A stretch of 64,000 nt of DNA from the NCBI GenBank assembly GCA_918234285.1, contig CAKJXZ020000020.1, positions 14,777-78,776 on the forward strand. The letters run 5' to 3'. Source of the stretch: Pseudomonadota bacterium. Its GTDB lineage: Bacteria; Pseudomonadota; Alphaproteobacteria; RF32; CAG-239. Under the pieces are notes generated by a model, which was not told the DNA's origin, made no database searches, and saw only the letters and a program-made list of their open reading frames with translations. Below are positions 29,681 through 39,650 of this stretch, in pieces (within the stretch, counting starts at the first letter, position 1; each line of letters starts with the position of its first letter). Position numbers and translations under genes: made by a program.

Positions 29681-30943
29681 ATGGATGTAAATTTATCGAC
29701 GTTAAATAACGGTTTACGCATTGTTTCGGTGGAAAGACCGCAAACAGAAACCGTTTCGGTCGGAATTTGGATCAATACCGGAAGTGCTTGCGAAAAGCCG
29801 GAAAATAATGGAATTTCACACTTTTTGGAGCATATGGTGTTTAAAGGCACACAAAAGCGCACCGCCTTGCAAATTTCCGAAGATATCGAAAATGTCGGAG
29901 GCAGTACCAATGCCTATACCTCACGTGAATTTACGGTTTTTTATGCCAAAATGCTCAAAAACGATTTGGAATTGGCACTCGATGTTTTGGCCGATATGAT
30001 TATGGCTCCGAGTTTTGCCGAAGACGAGTTAGTTAAAGAACGCGAAGTTGTGGTGCAGGAAATCAAACAAACCAATGACGACCCTAATGATATTGTGTTT
30101 GATTATTTTCAGGAAACCGCCTTTCAAAATCAGGCTCTCGGCCGCAGTATTCTCGGACCGGCCGAAAAAGTCCGCTCATTTGGTGCCGCAACCTTGCGCG
30201 ACTATATGAAACATAACTATGCCGCGGAAAATATCATTGTTTGTGCCGTCGGCAACTTAAAACACGACGAGTTGGTAAAAATGACCGCGGCCAGAATGTC
30301 AGAATTACAACCGCACACCGATTTTGTGAAAGATAAGCAGATTTATACCGGCGGTTCGTTTATCAAAAAGCGCGATATAGAACAAGCTCAGGTTTTACTG
30401 GGCTTTGAGGGGACGGATTATTACAGTGACAAACGTTATCCTGTTTCCATTATGTCCACTATTTTGGGCGGCAATATGTCGTCACGTCTGTTTCAGGAAA
30501 TCAGAGAAAAACGCGGTTTGGTTTACAGTGTTTATTCCTATAACAACAACCATTTCCAAAGCGGTTTGTTCGGGATTTATGCCGGTTTGGAAGCCGACGA
30601 AATCAAAAATTATATTCCGGTGGTAGCCGATGAAGTCAAGCGTATTGTCAACGAACCGGTCAGCGATGTTGAATTGAACCGCGTAAAGGTGCAATTTAAG
30701 GCCGGAATGCTGATGGCGCTCGAGAGTTCGTCGTCGACGGCGGAGGTAGTGGCAAGACGCTATATGTTGCACAACCGTTTTGTTTCTATGGAAGAAATCA
30801 TTGATATCATTGAAGGAATAAGCAAAGACGACGTGATGGCGGCGGCGCAACAAATCTTCAGCAGCCCGATGACATATACCTTGCTCGGCAATTTGCAGAA
30901 GTATCCTGATTTTGAGCAAGTGCAAAAATATTTTAAATTGTGA
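29681..30943 (+). CDS. M16B zinc peptidase (MPP-like)
   Basis: GISHFLEHMVFKGT (HxxEH), NAYTSRE, SSRLFQEIREKRGLVYSV. Confidence 0.93.
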   Translation: MDVNLSTLNNGLRIVSVERPQTETVSVGIWINTGSACEKPENNGISHFLEHMVFKGTQKRTALQISEDIENVGGSTNAYTSREFTVFYAKMLKNDLELALDVLADMIMAPSFAEDELVKEREVVVQEIKQTNDDPNDIVFDYFQETAFQNQALGRSILGPAEKVRSFGAATLRDYMKHNYAAENIIVCAVGNLKHDELVKMTAARMSELQPHTDFVKDKQIYTGGSFIKKRDIEQAQVLLGFEGTDYYSDKRYPVSIMSTILGGNMSSRLFQEIREKRGLVYSVYSYNNNHFQSGLFGIYAGLEADEIKNYIPVVADEVKRIVNEPVSDVELNRVKVQFKAGMLMALESSSSTAEVVARRYMLHNRFVSMEEIIDIIEGISKDDVMAAAQQIFSSPMTYTLLGNLQKYPDFEQVQKYFKL

Positions 30944-30961
30944 TTTTTGCCAAAAAAATTA

Positions 30962-30990
30962 TTGACAAATATAATCCGTTTATGTATAAT
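30962..30990 (+). promoter_or_regulatory. Consensus sigma70 promoter
   Basis: TTGACA-17 nt-TATAAT, a perfect match to consensus. Confidence 0.8.
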
Positions 30991-31024
30991 GCAACACAAT
31001 ACATTATATTTACGCAATATTATC

Positions 31025-31153
31025 TATCGTGTTGTATCTTAACGGACTGTTTAAAACCAGCTTAAGTGCAAATATCTCGGCTTCTGTTCAATTCCGACCT
31101 TATTGCAAATAAGGAACGGTATAAATTGCGCCCGTTTTTATGCAAACACGATA
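31025..31153 (+). promoter_or_regulatory. Candidate structured 5' leader RNA
   Basis: Nested pairings TATCGTGTT/AACACGATA, AACGG/CCGTT, GTGCAA/TTGCGC, TCGG/CCGA and CCTTAT/ATAAGG; folded by eye. Confidence 0.45.
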
Positions 31154-31174
31154 CAAAACAAAAGTGAGGGAAAA

Positions 31175-32563
31175 GTGAGATACATTACAGAAGATAAACT
31201 TAAGGGAGATATTTATTCGTATCGCCGCTTAAAAACCAGAAGATTTTCTCAAGAGAAATATTACAAAAGCGAGGAAATCTCCGAACGTGCCGATTCGGTA
31301 TTATCGCAATATGCTGACGGTTCGCTTGATGTCCGCGATGATACCAAAAAGGCTATGGCTCAATATATTGATACGTTTGCCGGCGATGGCAAACGCCGTG
31401 AGGATTTGCTTGATAAATTGCAAAGCAGTTCGCTTTTTGATGTCAGACAATATTTGGTTGACAGTAAGCGTACATATTGGGAAAGGCTGTTTAATACCAA
31501 TCAGAATCGCGCAAAGCGTATTACGGTTGCCGGTTTAAATCGCCGGATTCGCGCTTATAACCGCCTTAACAGCAAATTGGCTAAGGGGTGGTATCATAAG
31601 GAAAAAGATTATACGAAACAATGCATTCTGGAAAGTGAAGCCGAACGTTATGCTTCTGATTTTCTGAACGGCAAATTGGATGTTGCGCGCGACGAAGTTC
31701 CGACCTTAAAAGAGTATTTTCAGACCTTCAAAAGCTCCAACAGTTCCGACAACATTCTTAACGCGGTGCAAAAAATACGTGAAACCCAGCTTGAAGACTT
31801 TACCGAATCAAAGCCTTCCCGTTGGCAGGTATTCAAACAATCGGTTAAAAATAAATGGAACGGTATGGTTGACGGATTGAAAAACCGCTTTAAGCCGAAA
31901 CGTGCCGTTGTAATTAAAATGAATCGCCGCAATTGGGCTGATGTTGCGATTGTTTCTGCAGTTTTTGCTCTGGCCGGTATCTCTTTATTCAAATCCGACT
32001 CCGTGGCTAAGGATACGCGAAGCACACCTGATACGGAAGTTAAGAAAACTGCCGAACCTAAACAGCAAGATACTTCCGTTAAAACCGATGCTTTTGTTAA
32101 AACCGATGCTTTTGTTCAAGCCGAACAAGAATTGACTAACGAACAAAAGATATGGAAGAATTTTTATAATACTAAGAGCGAAATTCAGGCAGCCGATGCC
32201 GGTATCAATCTTCAAGATTTGTATGAGAAAGTTGCCGAGCAACAAAAAGCCGGTATTTTCGTTATGCCGGAGAATGCCAGCGTTGAGCGTTTTGTATATA
32301 CGCACCTGATGTATAAGGCTTACGGTCTTAGTTCACCGATGGATGCAGTCATTGAAGGACAACATAAGCTGACGGCCTATCAACAGTTGGCTATAAACGA
32401 AGCTATTAAAACAGCAGGGAAAAATGGCACCGGTGTTAAAAAACTGGCCGCTTCTTACAGACATAAACTCGGTAAACACAGCGCTTATGACCGCGCTTCA
32501 AAAGATTTGCAGCAAAAGTTCGTAACAAACTTGCATGCGGTAAGAAACTTGCATCAGCACTGA
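31175..32563 (+). CDS. Hypothetical single-pass membrane protein
   Basis: GTG start at 31175 after a GAGGG SD; one TM (VAIVSAVFALAGISLF); internal repeats. Confidence 0.7.
   Translation: MRYITEDKLKGDIYSYRRLKTRRFSQEKYYKSEEISERADSVLSQYADGSLDVRDDTKKAMAQYIDTFAGDGKRREDLLDKLQSSSLFDVRQYLVDSKRTYWERLFNTNQNRAKRITVAGLNRRIRAYNRLNSKLAKGWYHKEKDYTKQCILESEAERYASDFLNGKLDVARDEVPTLKEYFQTFKSSNSSDNILNAVQKIRETQLEDFTESKPSRWQVFKQSVKNKWNGMVDGLKNRFKPKRAVVIKMNRRNWADVAIVSAVFALAGISLFKSDSVAKDTRSTPDTEVKKTAEPKQQDTSVKTDAFVKTDAFVQAEQELTNEQKIWKNFYNTKSEIQAADAGINLQDLYEKVAEQQKAGIFVMPENASVERFVYTHLMYKAYGLSSPMDAVIEGQHKLTAYQQLAINEAIKTAGKNGTGVKKLAASYRHKLGKHSAYDRASKDLQQKFVTNLHAVRNLHQH
32078..32116 (+). repeat. In-frame 18-bp tandem duplication (VKTDAF x2)
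   Basis: GTTAAAACCGATGCTTTT repeated exactly twice, followed by GTT. Confidence 0.9.
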
Positions 32564-32714
32564 GCCGAAGCATAAACAACAAAAAAAGGAGCAAGAAATT
32601 GCTTCTTTTTTTGTTGTTTATATATAACTTATGGAATATGACCATAAAACACTTTACAATCAAAATAAATTTTATATAATCAGTATGTTTTATGGTTTTA
32701 TTAGGAATTTATCA

Positions 32715-33362
32715 ATGCAGAAAAGCCAGCAGACAGGCCGTTCAATGATAGAAATGTTAGGCGTATTGGCGATTATAGGCGTACTTTCCGTCGGCGGTCT
32801 GGCCGGATATTCCAAAGCCATGTTCAAATATAAAATGAATCGTACAGTAAGCCAAATTTCACAAACCGTTGCACGCATTCGTCTGGCATTCATCGGGCAA
32901 AACGACTATAGCGGAATGGGAGATGAATCCAATGTAAACTCCGTTATGGTTAAGGCTAATATCATTCCTCCGGAGTATATAGCACGCGATCCCAAAGGCA
33001 ATATAATCATGCCGTATATTTTCAAGAATCCGTTCAAAGGAAATTTCAGAATACGTAGTATGGATAAAACTGTAGAAGGCGATAAAGAGGCCTTTGCCAT
33101 CAGTTATGATTTTATTCCGAAACCAGCTTGCATCGAGCTTGCCACCATACCGTGGGATGCAACAAATGACACCGGATATATCGGTGTGATTATTAATATT
33201 CCGACACCATTGGAATTTCGAGAAAATAACTGTGCTCAAACTCCGATTAATCGGATAGGTTCAGCCATCCATTGTGCAAAAAACGGCGTCATGCTTAAAG
33301 AAGCTGCCGCACACGCCTGTACCAAAAACAAGAACAACTATCTCGAATTCGTATTTTACTGA
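32715..33362 (+). CDS. Type IV pilin/pseudopilin-like protein
   Basis: MQKSQQTG|RSMIEMLGVLAIIGVLSVGGLAGY class III-like signal, NPFKG and a Cys-rich C-terminus. AGGA SD. Confidence 0.78.
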   Translation: MQKSQQTGRSMIEMLGVLAIIGVLSVGGLAGYSKAMFKYKMNRTVSQISQTVARIRLAFIGQNDYSGMGDESNVNSVMVKANIIPPEYIARDPKGNIIMPYIFKNPFKGNFRIRSMDKTVEGDKEAFAISYDFIPKPACIELATIPWDATNDTGYIGVIINIPTPLEFRENNCAQTPINRIGSAIHCAKNGVMLKEAAAHACTKNKNNYLEFVFY

Positions 33363-33490
33363 CATTTACCCGGATTTAATCTCGAAAAAAAACATCAAAC
33401 AATTTCGATAATTTTCGGTCGTCAAAAATAAATATCGCTAATCTTTTATTTATCTTTTGGGATTATTATATTGCCATTAAGGGGTATATA

Positions 33491-35236
33491 ATGAAACGTA
33501 AAATATGTCTGGCTTTTGCTGTTTTATGCGGGTTATTCAGTCTTTCGACCGCACAGGCCGATGATGCCGTTAAAAGCACGGAAAACACCACCATTCACCT
33601 TTATCATAACGGTGAAAATAAGGTATTGGCCGAGTTTATTATGCAGCCGGATTGGCATATTTCTTGGAGCAACCCGGGCGATGTAGGACAACCTACCGAG
33701 GTAACGGCAGTTAATTCAGCAGTTGAGATTACGGACCAATCAATACCGGTTGCTCGTACCATCTATGATGTTATGCACGAGTATTTGTATGAGAATAAGG
33801 CCTATTATGCCTTACAGGTCGATAATCTCGATAAAGCGGAAATAACCTTTAGTTTTGTAGAATGCAACGATGTTTGCAAACCGGAAACTCTGACTTTCAA
33901 ATTAGCGGAAATTGCGGCTTCTCCCAGCTTGCAGTGGTTGGAAATGCAACAACGGGCAGAAGCAACTTTTCCGCAAAAAATAACCTTGACCAGCCCGCTC
34001 AGTGAAAACCGTCTGCAACTGGATATGGATGCACAAACGCCGCTTTATTTTGCTCCGACTCAAAAAGATATTATTGATGAAATGAGTATCGAAACGGAAC
34101 CGAATGCCGACGGTATCAGTGTTAAGTGGCATTCGGATAAACCGCAGCAACTCAGACAGGCTCTGATTATTACACCGGATAATGCCTACCTGGCAGATAT
34201 TGAATATAAAAATACGCTGACCGATACTCTTTTTTATATGATTATTCTGGCCTTTATCGGAGGTATTATTCTCAATGCCATGCCTTGCGTATTTCCAATC
34301 TTGAGCCTGAAAATATTTACGCTTTTGCAAAAGCCGCAAAATGGGATAACACCGTATAAAAATGCCATTTTCTATACCGTCGGGGTATTACTGTCATTTA
34401 TTGTTTTGGCGCTGATTATGCTGTGGCTGAAGACAGAGGGTAACAATATAGGTTGGGGATTTCAGCTGCAATCGCCGTGGTTTGTCGGTATTATGGCGGC
34501 AGTGTTTTTGCTGTTGTTTTTGTTTATGGCTGATATTCTGCATTTTCCGAATTTTGCCGGCAACACCATTCATCGCCTGTCGGGCTTTAACGAATTCACC
34601 ACCGGATTTTTTGCGGTATTGATAGCCAGCCCGTGTGCCGGGCCGTTTATGGGTGCGGCCATCGGATATGCCTTTATGCGCACCAACGCCGAAGTTATGG
34701 CGATTTTTACCGCATTGGCGCTCGGTTATGCCCTGCCCTATGCTTTAATAGAGATGTTTCCGCAGGCTTTGCACCGAATTTTGCCGAGGCCGGGAGCATG
34801 GATGCAGAAAATAAAAATCATTCTTTCGATTCCGATTTTGCTGACGGCGATCTGGCTCGGCTCAATCTGGTATACGCAAATCAAGACAGATACTTATACT
34901 GCCGATACCACCGAACTTGATTGGCAACCGTTCGATGCCGAAAAAATTGCCGAATTGAATGCCGCCGGACACAACATTTTCGTGGATTTTACCGCCGATT
35001 GGTGTCTGACATGTCAATTTAATGAAAGATTTATTTTAAAAAGCCAAAGTTTTAAAGAATTTGTGCAGGAAAATGATGTAGCTCTGTTTGTTGCCGATTT
35101 AACCGAACACCAGGAAGATTTGGGTATTGCGCTGTCCTCTTACGGCCGCGATGCTATTCCGCTGTACGTTTATTATCATCAGGGCAACTATCGGATTTTA
35201 CCGCTGTTTTTCAGAATAAGCTCATTAAAACAATAA
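33491..35236 (+). CDS. dsbD: Protein-disulfide reductase DsbD family
   Basis: WHISWSNPGDVG, ECNDVC, LNAMPCVFPILSLK, LIASPCAGPFMG, DFTADWCLTC. Confidence 0.88.
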   Translation: MKRKICLAFAVLCGLFSLSTAQADDAVKSTENTTIHLYHNGENKVLAEFIMQPDWHISWSNPGDVGQPTEVTAVNSAVEITDQSIPVARTIYDVMHEYLYENKAYYALQVDNLDKAEITFSFVECNDVCKPETLTFKLAEIAASPSLQWLEMQQRAEATFPQKITLTSPLSENRLQLDMDAQTPLYFAPTQKDIIDEMSIETEPNADGISVKWHSDKPQQLRQALIITPDNAYLADIEYKNTLTDTLFYMIILAFIGGIILNAMPCVFPILSLKIFTLLQKPQNGITPYKNAIFYTVGVLLSFIVLALIMLWLKTEGNNIGWGFQLQSPWFVGIMAAVFLLLFLFMADILHFPNFAGNTIHRLSGFNEFTTGFFAVLIASPCAGPFMGAAIGYAFMRTNAEVMAIFTALALGYALPYALIEMFPQALHRILPRPGAWMQKIKIILSIPILLTAIWLGSIWYTQIKTDTYTADTTELDWQPFDAEKIAELNAAGHNIFVDFTADWCLTCQFNERFILKSQSFKEFVQENDVALFVADLTEHQEDLGIALSSYGRDAIPLYVYYHQGNYRILPLFFRISSLKQ

Positions 35237-35258
35237 TCATAACTTGAAAGGAAAAAAC

Positions 35259-35804
35259 ATGAAAAAACTTTTACTTGCCTGTATGGCGCTTTTCTTAGCC
35301 TCTTTCAACACTTCCGCGCAAGAGGTAAATCCGGAAGATGTTATCGTGCTTAAGCTTAAAGACGGTGATGTTTATATCCAGACTTTCCCGGATGTTGCTC
35401 CCAACCACGTGGCCCGCATTAAGGAATTGGTGCGCCAGGGCTTTTACGATGGTTTGAAATTCCATCGCGTGATTGAGGGATTTATGGCGCAAACCGGCGA
35501 CCCGCGCGGTAACGGTACCGGTGGCAGCGGTCAAAAACTCAAGGCCGAATTTAACAACAAACACCACGGCCGCGGTACGGTTTCCATGGCTCGAGCTTCC
35601 GATCCGGATTCTGCCGACAGCCAATTTTTCATCTGCTTTAAGGATGCGGGTTTTCTGGATGGACAATATACCGTTTGGGGACAGGTTATTAAAGGAATGG
35701 AATTTGTGGATAACATCAAACGCGGCAACCCGGCAGCCAACGGCACGGTTATCGAGCCGGACGTGATTGTTTCGATGAAAGTTCTGGCAGATATACAAAA
35801 ATAG
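35259..35804 (+). CDS. Periplasmic cyclophilin-type peptidyl-prolyl isomerase
   Basis: Signal peptide, FYDGLKFHRVIEGFMAQTGDP, SADSQFFI, LDGQYTVWG. Confidence 0.93.
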   Translation: MKKLLLACMALFLASFNTSAQEVNPEDVIVLKLKDGDVYIQTFPDVAPNHVARIKELVRQGFYDGLKFHRVIEGFMAQTGDPRGNGTGGSGQKLKAEFNNKHHGRGTVSMARASDPDSADSQFFICFKDAGFLDGQYTVWGQVIKGMEFVDNIKRGNPAANGTVIEPDVIVSMKVLADIQK

Positions 35805-35826
35805 CTGTCGAATTCAAGCAAAATTT

Positions 35827-35853
35827 AAGGCTCTCCGCGGAGAGCCTTTTTTG
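35827..35853. terminator. Intrinsic terminator
   Basis: AAGGCTCTCCGCGGAGAGCCTTTTTT between convergent genes. Confidence 0.75.
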
Positions 35854-37242
35854 TTAATCAAAAAACGACATAATCAACAATAGCCCCAATCCGAGCGGAG
35901 CGATGTAGCGCAACGTTACCAAAAAGTAACGGGTAAAGCTGCTAGAAACGTGTGCACTGCGGCGAATGTTATGGATAATCGGTTTCATCGCCTTATAGCC
36001 CACAAACAGCGCCATCGTCAGCGATACAATCGTTGCCGTATATGTCGAGGCCAGCCAATCGGCAAACGTGAACAAATCGCGTCCGAAAATCTTCCAATTT
36101 AACAGGCCGGAAAATGAGGCTGTCACCGCCGTAAAGCCCAAACCGGCCAGAAACACCACGCATAAGCAAGCGGCAAAGCGCGAAATATTCAGCTTATCGA
36201 TAAATAAATTGGTCAACATTTCAAACAACGATACGGTTGAAGTAACCGTTGCCAACATCAGCAGCAAATAAAAAGTCAAGGCCCAGAAATGCCCGCCGTT
36301 TAATTGTTGAAACACCAAAGGCAGACTAATAAAGGTTAACCCCGGGCCGGAACCGGCGGAGAGCCCCGCCGAAAAAATTGCCGGTATAATAATCACCGCG
36401 CTTAAAAGCGCTGCCAACGTATCAAAAAATTCAATACTGCGCACGGATTTAAACAAATTCTCCCGCGGCGAAAAATAAGAACCGTAAACCAGTAAAACCC
36501 CAAATCCGAGCGACAGCGAAATAAAGGCCTGTCCCAATGCGGCGGTAAAAGTTTTAAATAGCGGAGTCCAACGAAAACCATCGGCCGTAAAGCCCAAGTG
36601 AGTTTTATCAAGCGTCAGCAGGAAATCAATCCCCTTCTCCGCTCCGTTTAAAGTCAGCGCCCGCACACTCAGCAAAATAAAAATCACAAACAGAATCGGC
36701 ATCAGATAAAGTCCGGTTTTCTCAATTCCCTTGCGCACGCCGCCGATAACGATAACCGCCGTAGCCAACAAAAAGATTAAGCCGTTACTGTATTGAATCG
36801 TAAAGTTTTGTGTCAGCGATTGAAATTCATTTTCAAGATTATCCTGGGTTATCAGCAACAGTTTGCCGCTTACCGCCTCAAGAAAATAATATAATACCCA
36901 ACTGGCCACCAAAAAATAGAACGACAGGCACAAAAACACGCCGAATGCAGAAACCCATCCGCCGAAAAACGACCAAAGTTTCAGGTGTTTCATCCCAATT
37001 TGCTCGCCGATAAGCTTATAAGAATCAACGCAGTTGCTTTTGGCGGTACGACCGATAGAAATCTCCGCAACCATCAGCGGATTGCAAATCAAGAGCAAAA
37101 TCAGCAGATATACCAAAATAAAACTCAAGCCGCCATGTTGCCCGCATAAATACGGAAAGCGCCAAATATTTCCCAAACCGATGGCCGAACCGGCCGCAGT
37201 GAGAATAAAGCCCCATTTACCGGAGAAATTTTCTTTTTTCAT
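35854..37242 (-). CDS. Sodium-dependent transporter (NSS/SNF family)
   Basis: GFILTAAGSAIGLGNIWRFPY, ALGQAFISLSLG, GPGLTFISLP. Confidence 0.93.
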   Translation of the reverse strand: MKKENFSGKWGFILTAAGSAIGLGNIWRFPYLCGQHGGLSFILVYLLILLLICNPLMVAEISIGRTAKSNCVDSYKLIGEQIGMKHLKLWSFFGGWVSAFGVFLCLSFYFLVASWVLYYFLEAVSGKLLLITQDNLENEFQSLTQNFTIQYSNGLIFLLATAVIVIGGVRKGIEKTGLYLMPILFVIFILLSVRALTLNGAEKGIDFLLTLDKTHLGFTADGFRWTPLFKTFTAALGQAFISLSLGFGVLLVYGSYFSPRENLFKSVRSIEFFDTLAALLSAVIIIPAIFSAGLSAGSGPGLTFISLPLVFQQLNGGHFWALTFYLLLMLATVTSTVSLFEMLTNLFIDKLNISRFAACLCVVFLAGLGFTAVTASFSGLLNWKIFGRDLFTFADWLASTYTATIVSLTMALFVGYKAMKPIIHNIRRSAHVSSSFTRYFLVTLRYIAPLGLGLLLIMSFFD

Positions 37243-37342
37243 TGTAATTTTTTTCATCAAATTGTTAATTTTGGTGCTTTTTAGCATAATTATATAAAAA
37301 AATCAAGATGTTCCTGTGATATTCCCAAATCAGCAAAAAACA

Positions 37343-37371
37343 TTGACAAACATAATGCAATCTCTTACACT
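37343..37371 (+). promoter_or_regulatory. sigma70-type promoter
   Basis: TTGACA-17 nt-TACACT. Confidence 0.7.
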
Positions 37372-37426
37372 CGGGGCACAAAGCTAATATTTATAACTAT
37401 TATTAATCACTCAATTCTTTTTATTT

Positions 37427-38272
37427 ATGGATTGCTATTATTTAACGTATGCGTCTGATATTAAGGCGTTTGTGATCAACGACATGATCAGTAGAGAATG
37501 CAACAAGCAGGCACAATTCGGGTTAAGTCCGCGTACTTACCAACGTTTCGGCCGCAAGTTACCGCTTGAAAATGCCCCGATTGTAGGCTTTTTGCTGGGG
37601 CGCGACGGCGATTGCTATGCAGCCGGTTGGAATTACGTTATGGCCATGATTGATGCCGGTTTTGAAGTTCGTTTTCTGACCTACGAGCATTGTGAGACTC
37701 AGCTTGAGGCTTGCCAATGTCTGATTCTTCCCGGCGGTTTGTTTACTTCTCCCGAAGCTTTCTATACCGACCGGCGAGATGAGGTAGAATTCCCGTCGCT
37801 CCGCAGCCAGGCTTACATTACCTGTATCCGCACCGCACTGAAACGGCAGATACCGATTTTGGGGATATGTACCGGAGCACAGATGGTGGCGGGCGAGTTC
37901 GGTATGAAGCTGTATCGCAGCTTTGATTATATCGAGACACCGATTACCCACTACACCGACGCGGCCGAGGCTCATCGCCTCAACATCTTCACGAACACAC
38001 CGTTGGAGCGGATGTTCGGCGGAAACAATCTGTTCTTCGTCAATTCCCGACATCAGGAATTACTTGCTCCGATTAAGGTGCAACGCGAGATTCTGGGTAA
38101 GGAGCAGCTTCCGCTCGATATTTATGCCGAAGCCAACGACGGCACGCCTGAAGCTTGGGGCTCGGAAGAAAAGCGCATTTTGTGCGTACAGTGGCACCCG
38201 GAGGATATGTATGCCGCCGGCTCGACTCCGATGCTGAAAGTATTTCTGTGGCTGCGCGATGCAATAGGCTGA
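37427..38272 (+). CDS. Class I glutamine-amidotransferase-like hydrolase (peptidase C26/PuuD-like)
   Basis: LILPGG, PILGICTGAQ (nucleophile Cys), VNSRHQ, VQWHPE. Confidence 0.82.
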   Translation: MDCYYLTYASDIKAFVINDMISRECNKQAQFGLSPRTYQRFGRKLPLENAPIVGFLLGRDGDCYAAGWNYVMAMIDAGFEVRFLTYEHCETQLEACQCLILPGGLFTSPEAFYTDRRDEVEFPSLRSQAYITCIRTALKRQIPILGICTGAQMVAGEFGMKLYRSFDYIETPITHYTDAAEAHRLNIFTNTPLERMFGGNNLFFVNSRHQELLAPIKVQREILGKEQLPLDIYAEANDGTPEAWGSEEKRILCVQWHPEDMYAAGSTPMLKVFLWLRDAIG

Positions 38273-38277
38273 ACCGA

Positions 38278-38319
38278 TAAAAAAAACGCTTAAGAGTAAA
38301 ATCTTAAGCGTTTTTTTTA
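38278..38319. terminator. Bidirectional intrinsic terminator
   Basis: A-run-CGCTTAAGA-GTAAAA-TCTTAAGCG-T-run. Confidence 0.8.
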
Positions 38320-38796
38320 TTATCTTTCGGCGGTGCGATAATGGCTGCGGGTAATGGCCATGGCCAAGGCATCGGACGAATCGTTGTTTTTAGGCTGACA
38401 TCCCGGAAGTAAAATCTTCACCATGGTCTCCACCTGCGTTTTCTCGGCACGCCCTACCCCGACCAGTGCTTTTTTAACTTTAGTCGGATCAAATTCATAC
38501 AGCGGCAAATGATTATGCCCCACAGCCAAAATTACCACACCGCGTGCCATACTCAGTTTGAGTGAAGTTTCCGGATTCTTATTCAAGAAAGTCTTTTCAA
38601 TCGCCGCCTCCTGCGGTTGATATCCAATAATCACATCATTAAGAGTTTTAAAAATAATTTCCAACCTATCCTCAATCGGCATTTTCGGGTCGGTAGGAAT
38701 AAAACCGTCCGCAATATATTGCAGACGGTTTCCGTTCACATCAATCACACCCCAGCCGGTCGAGGTCAAACTCGGATCTAAGCCTAAGATGCGCAT
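38320..38796 (-). CDS. ruvC: Crossover junction endodeoxyribonuclease RuvC
   Basis: MRILGLDPSL..TGWG, AAIE, VKKALVGVGRAEK, DSSDALAMA. Confidence 0.95.
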   Translation of the reverse strand: MRILGLDPSLTSTGWGVIDVNGNRLQYIADGFIPTDPKMPIEDRLEIIFKTLNDVIIGYQPQEAAIEKTFLNKNPETSLKLSMARGVVILAVGHNHLPLYEFDPTKVKKALVGVGRAEKTQVETMVKILLPGCQPKNNDSSDALAMAITRSHYRTAER

Positions 38797-38800
38797 ATTT

Positions 38801-39559
38801 TTATTCTTCTCCGGCGAGCGCGTTCATCACATCTTCAGAGATTTCCGCATTGTGATAAACGTGTTGCACGTCTTCGTCATCTTCGAGCGCGTCGATAAAG
38901 TCCAAAAACTTGCGCGCGGTTTCAATGTCGGTAATATCAACTTTTACCATCGGTTTCCAATCCAAACGCGAAGCCGACGGAGTGCCGTATTTGGCTTCAA
39001 GAGCTGAGGTTACCGCCGACAAATCATCCGGCAAAGTTTCAATTTCGTGATTTTCTTCATCGGTTACCACTTCATTGGCACCTGCTTCCAGAGCCGCTTC
39101 AAACATTTCGTCGGCACTGGCAACGCTGACCGGATATTGGATATAGCCGATACGCTCAAAGTTAAACAATACCGAACCGCTTTCACCCATCTGACCGCCG
39201 CGCTTGCCGAAAATCGTCCGAACATTACCGGCCGTACGGTTTTTATTATCGGTCAAGGCCTCAACAATAACCGAAACTTTATTCGGCGAAAAACCTTCGT
39301 AGCGCATAGATACGAAATCGGCACCGCCGGCAACCGTGGTTGCTTTGGCAATGGCACGTTCGATATTATCTTTCGGCATACTTTCGGCACGAGCGGCCTG
39401 AATAGCCAAGCGTAAACGCGGGTTTTTATCAGGTTCCGGCAGACCGCTCTTGGCGGCAACGGTAATTTCGCGTGCGAGCTTGGCAAATACGCGCGCTTTT
39501 TTGGCGTCTTGAGCGCCCTTGCGATACATAATGTTTTTAAATTGCGAGTGTCCTGACAT
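38801..39559 (-). CDS. yebC: YebC/PmpR family protein
   Basis: MSGHSQFKNIMYRKGAQD, MPKDNIERAI, LTDNKNRT, DDEDVQHVYHN. Confidence 0.95.
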   Translation of the reverse strand: MSGHSQFKNIMYRKGAQDAKKARVFAKLAREITVAAKSGLPEPDKNPRLRLAIQAARAESMPKDNIERAIAKATTVAGGADFVSMRYEGFSPNKVSVIVEALTDNKNRTAGNVRTIFGKRGGQMGESGSVLFNFERIGYIQYPVSVASADEMFEAALEAGANEVVTDEENHEIETLPDDLSAVTSALEAKYGTPSASRLDWKPMVKVDITDIETARKFLDFIDALEDDEDVQHVYHNAEISEDVMNALAGEE

Positions 39560-39650
39560 TTTTATCTCCTAAATTCAATCGTCTGTTATGCGCTTTTATA
39601 ACTTATTTGTTGGTATTTTTTCAAGTTTTTTTTGCAAAAAAATACACATT

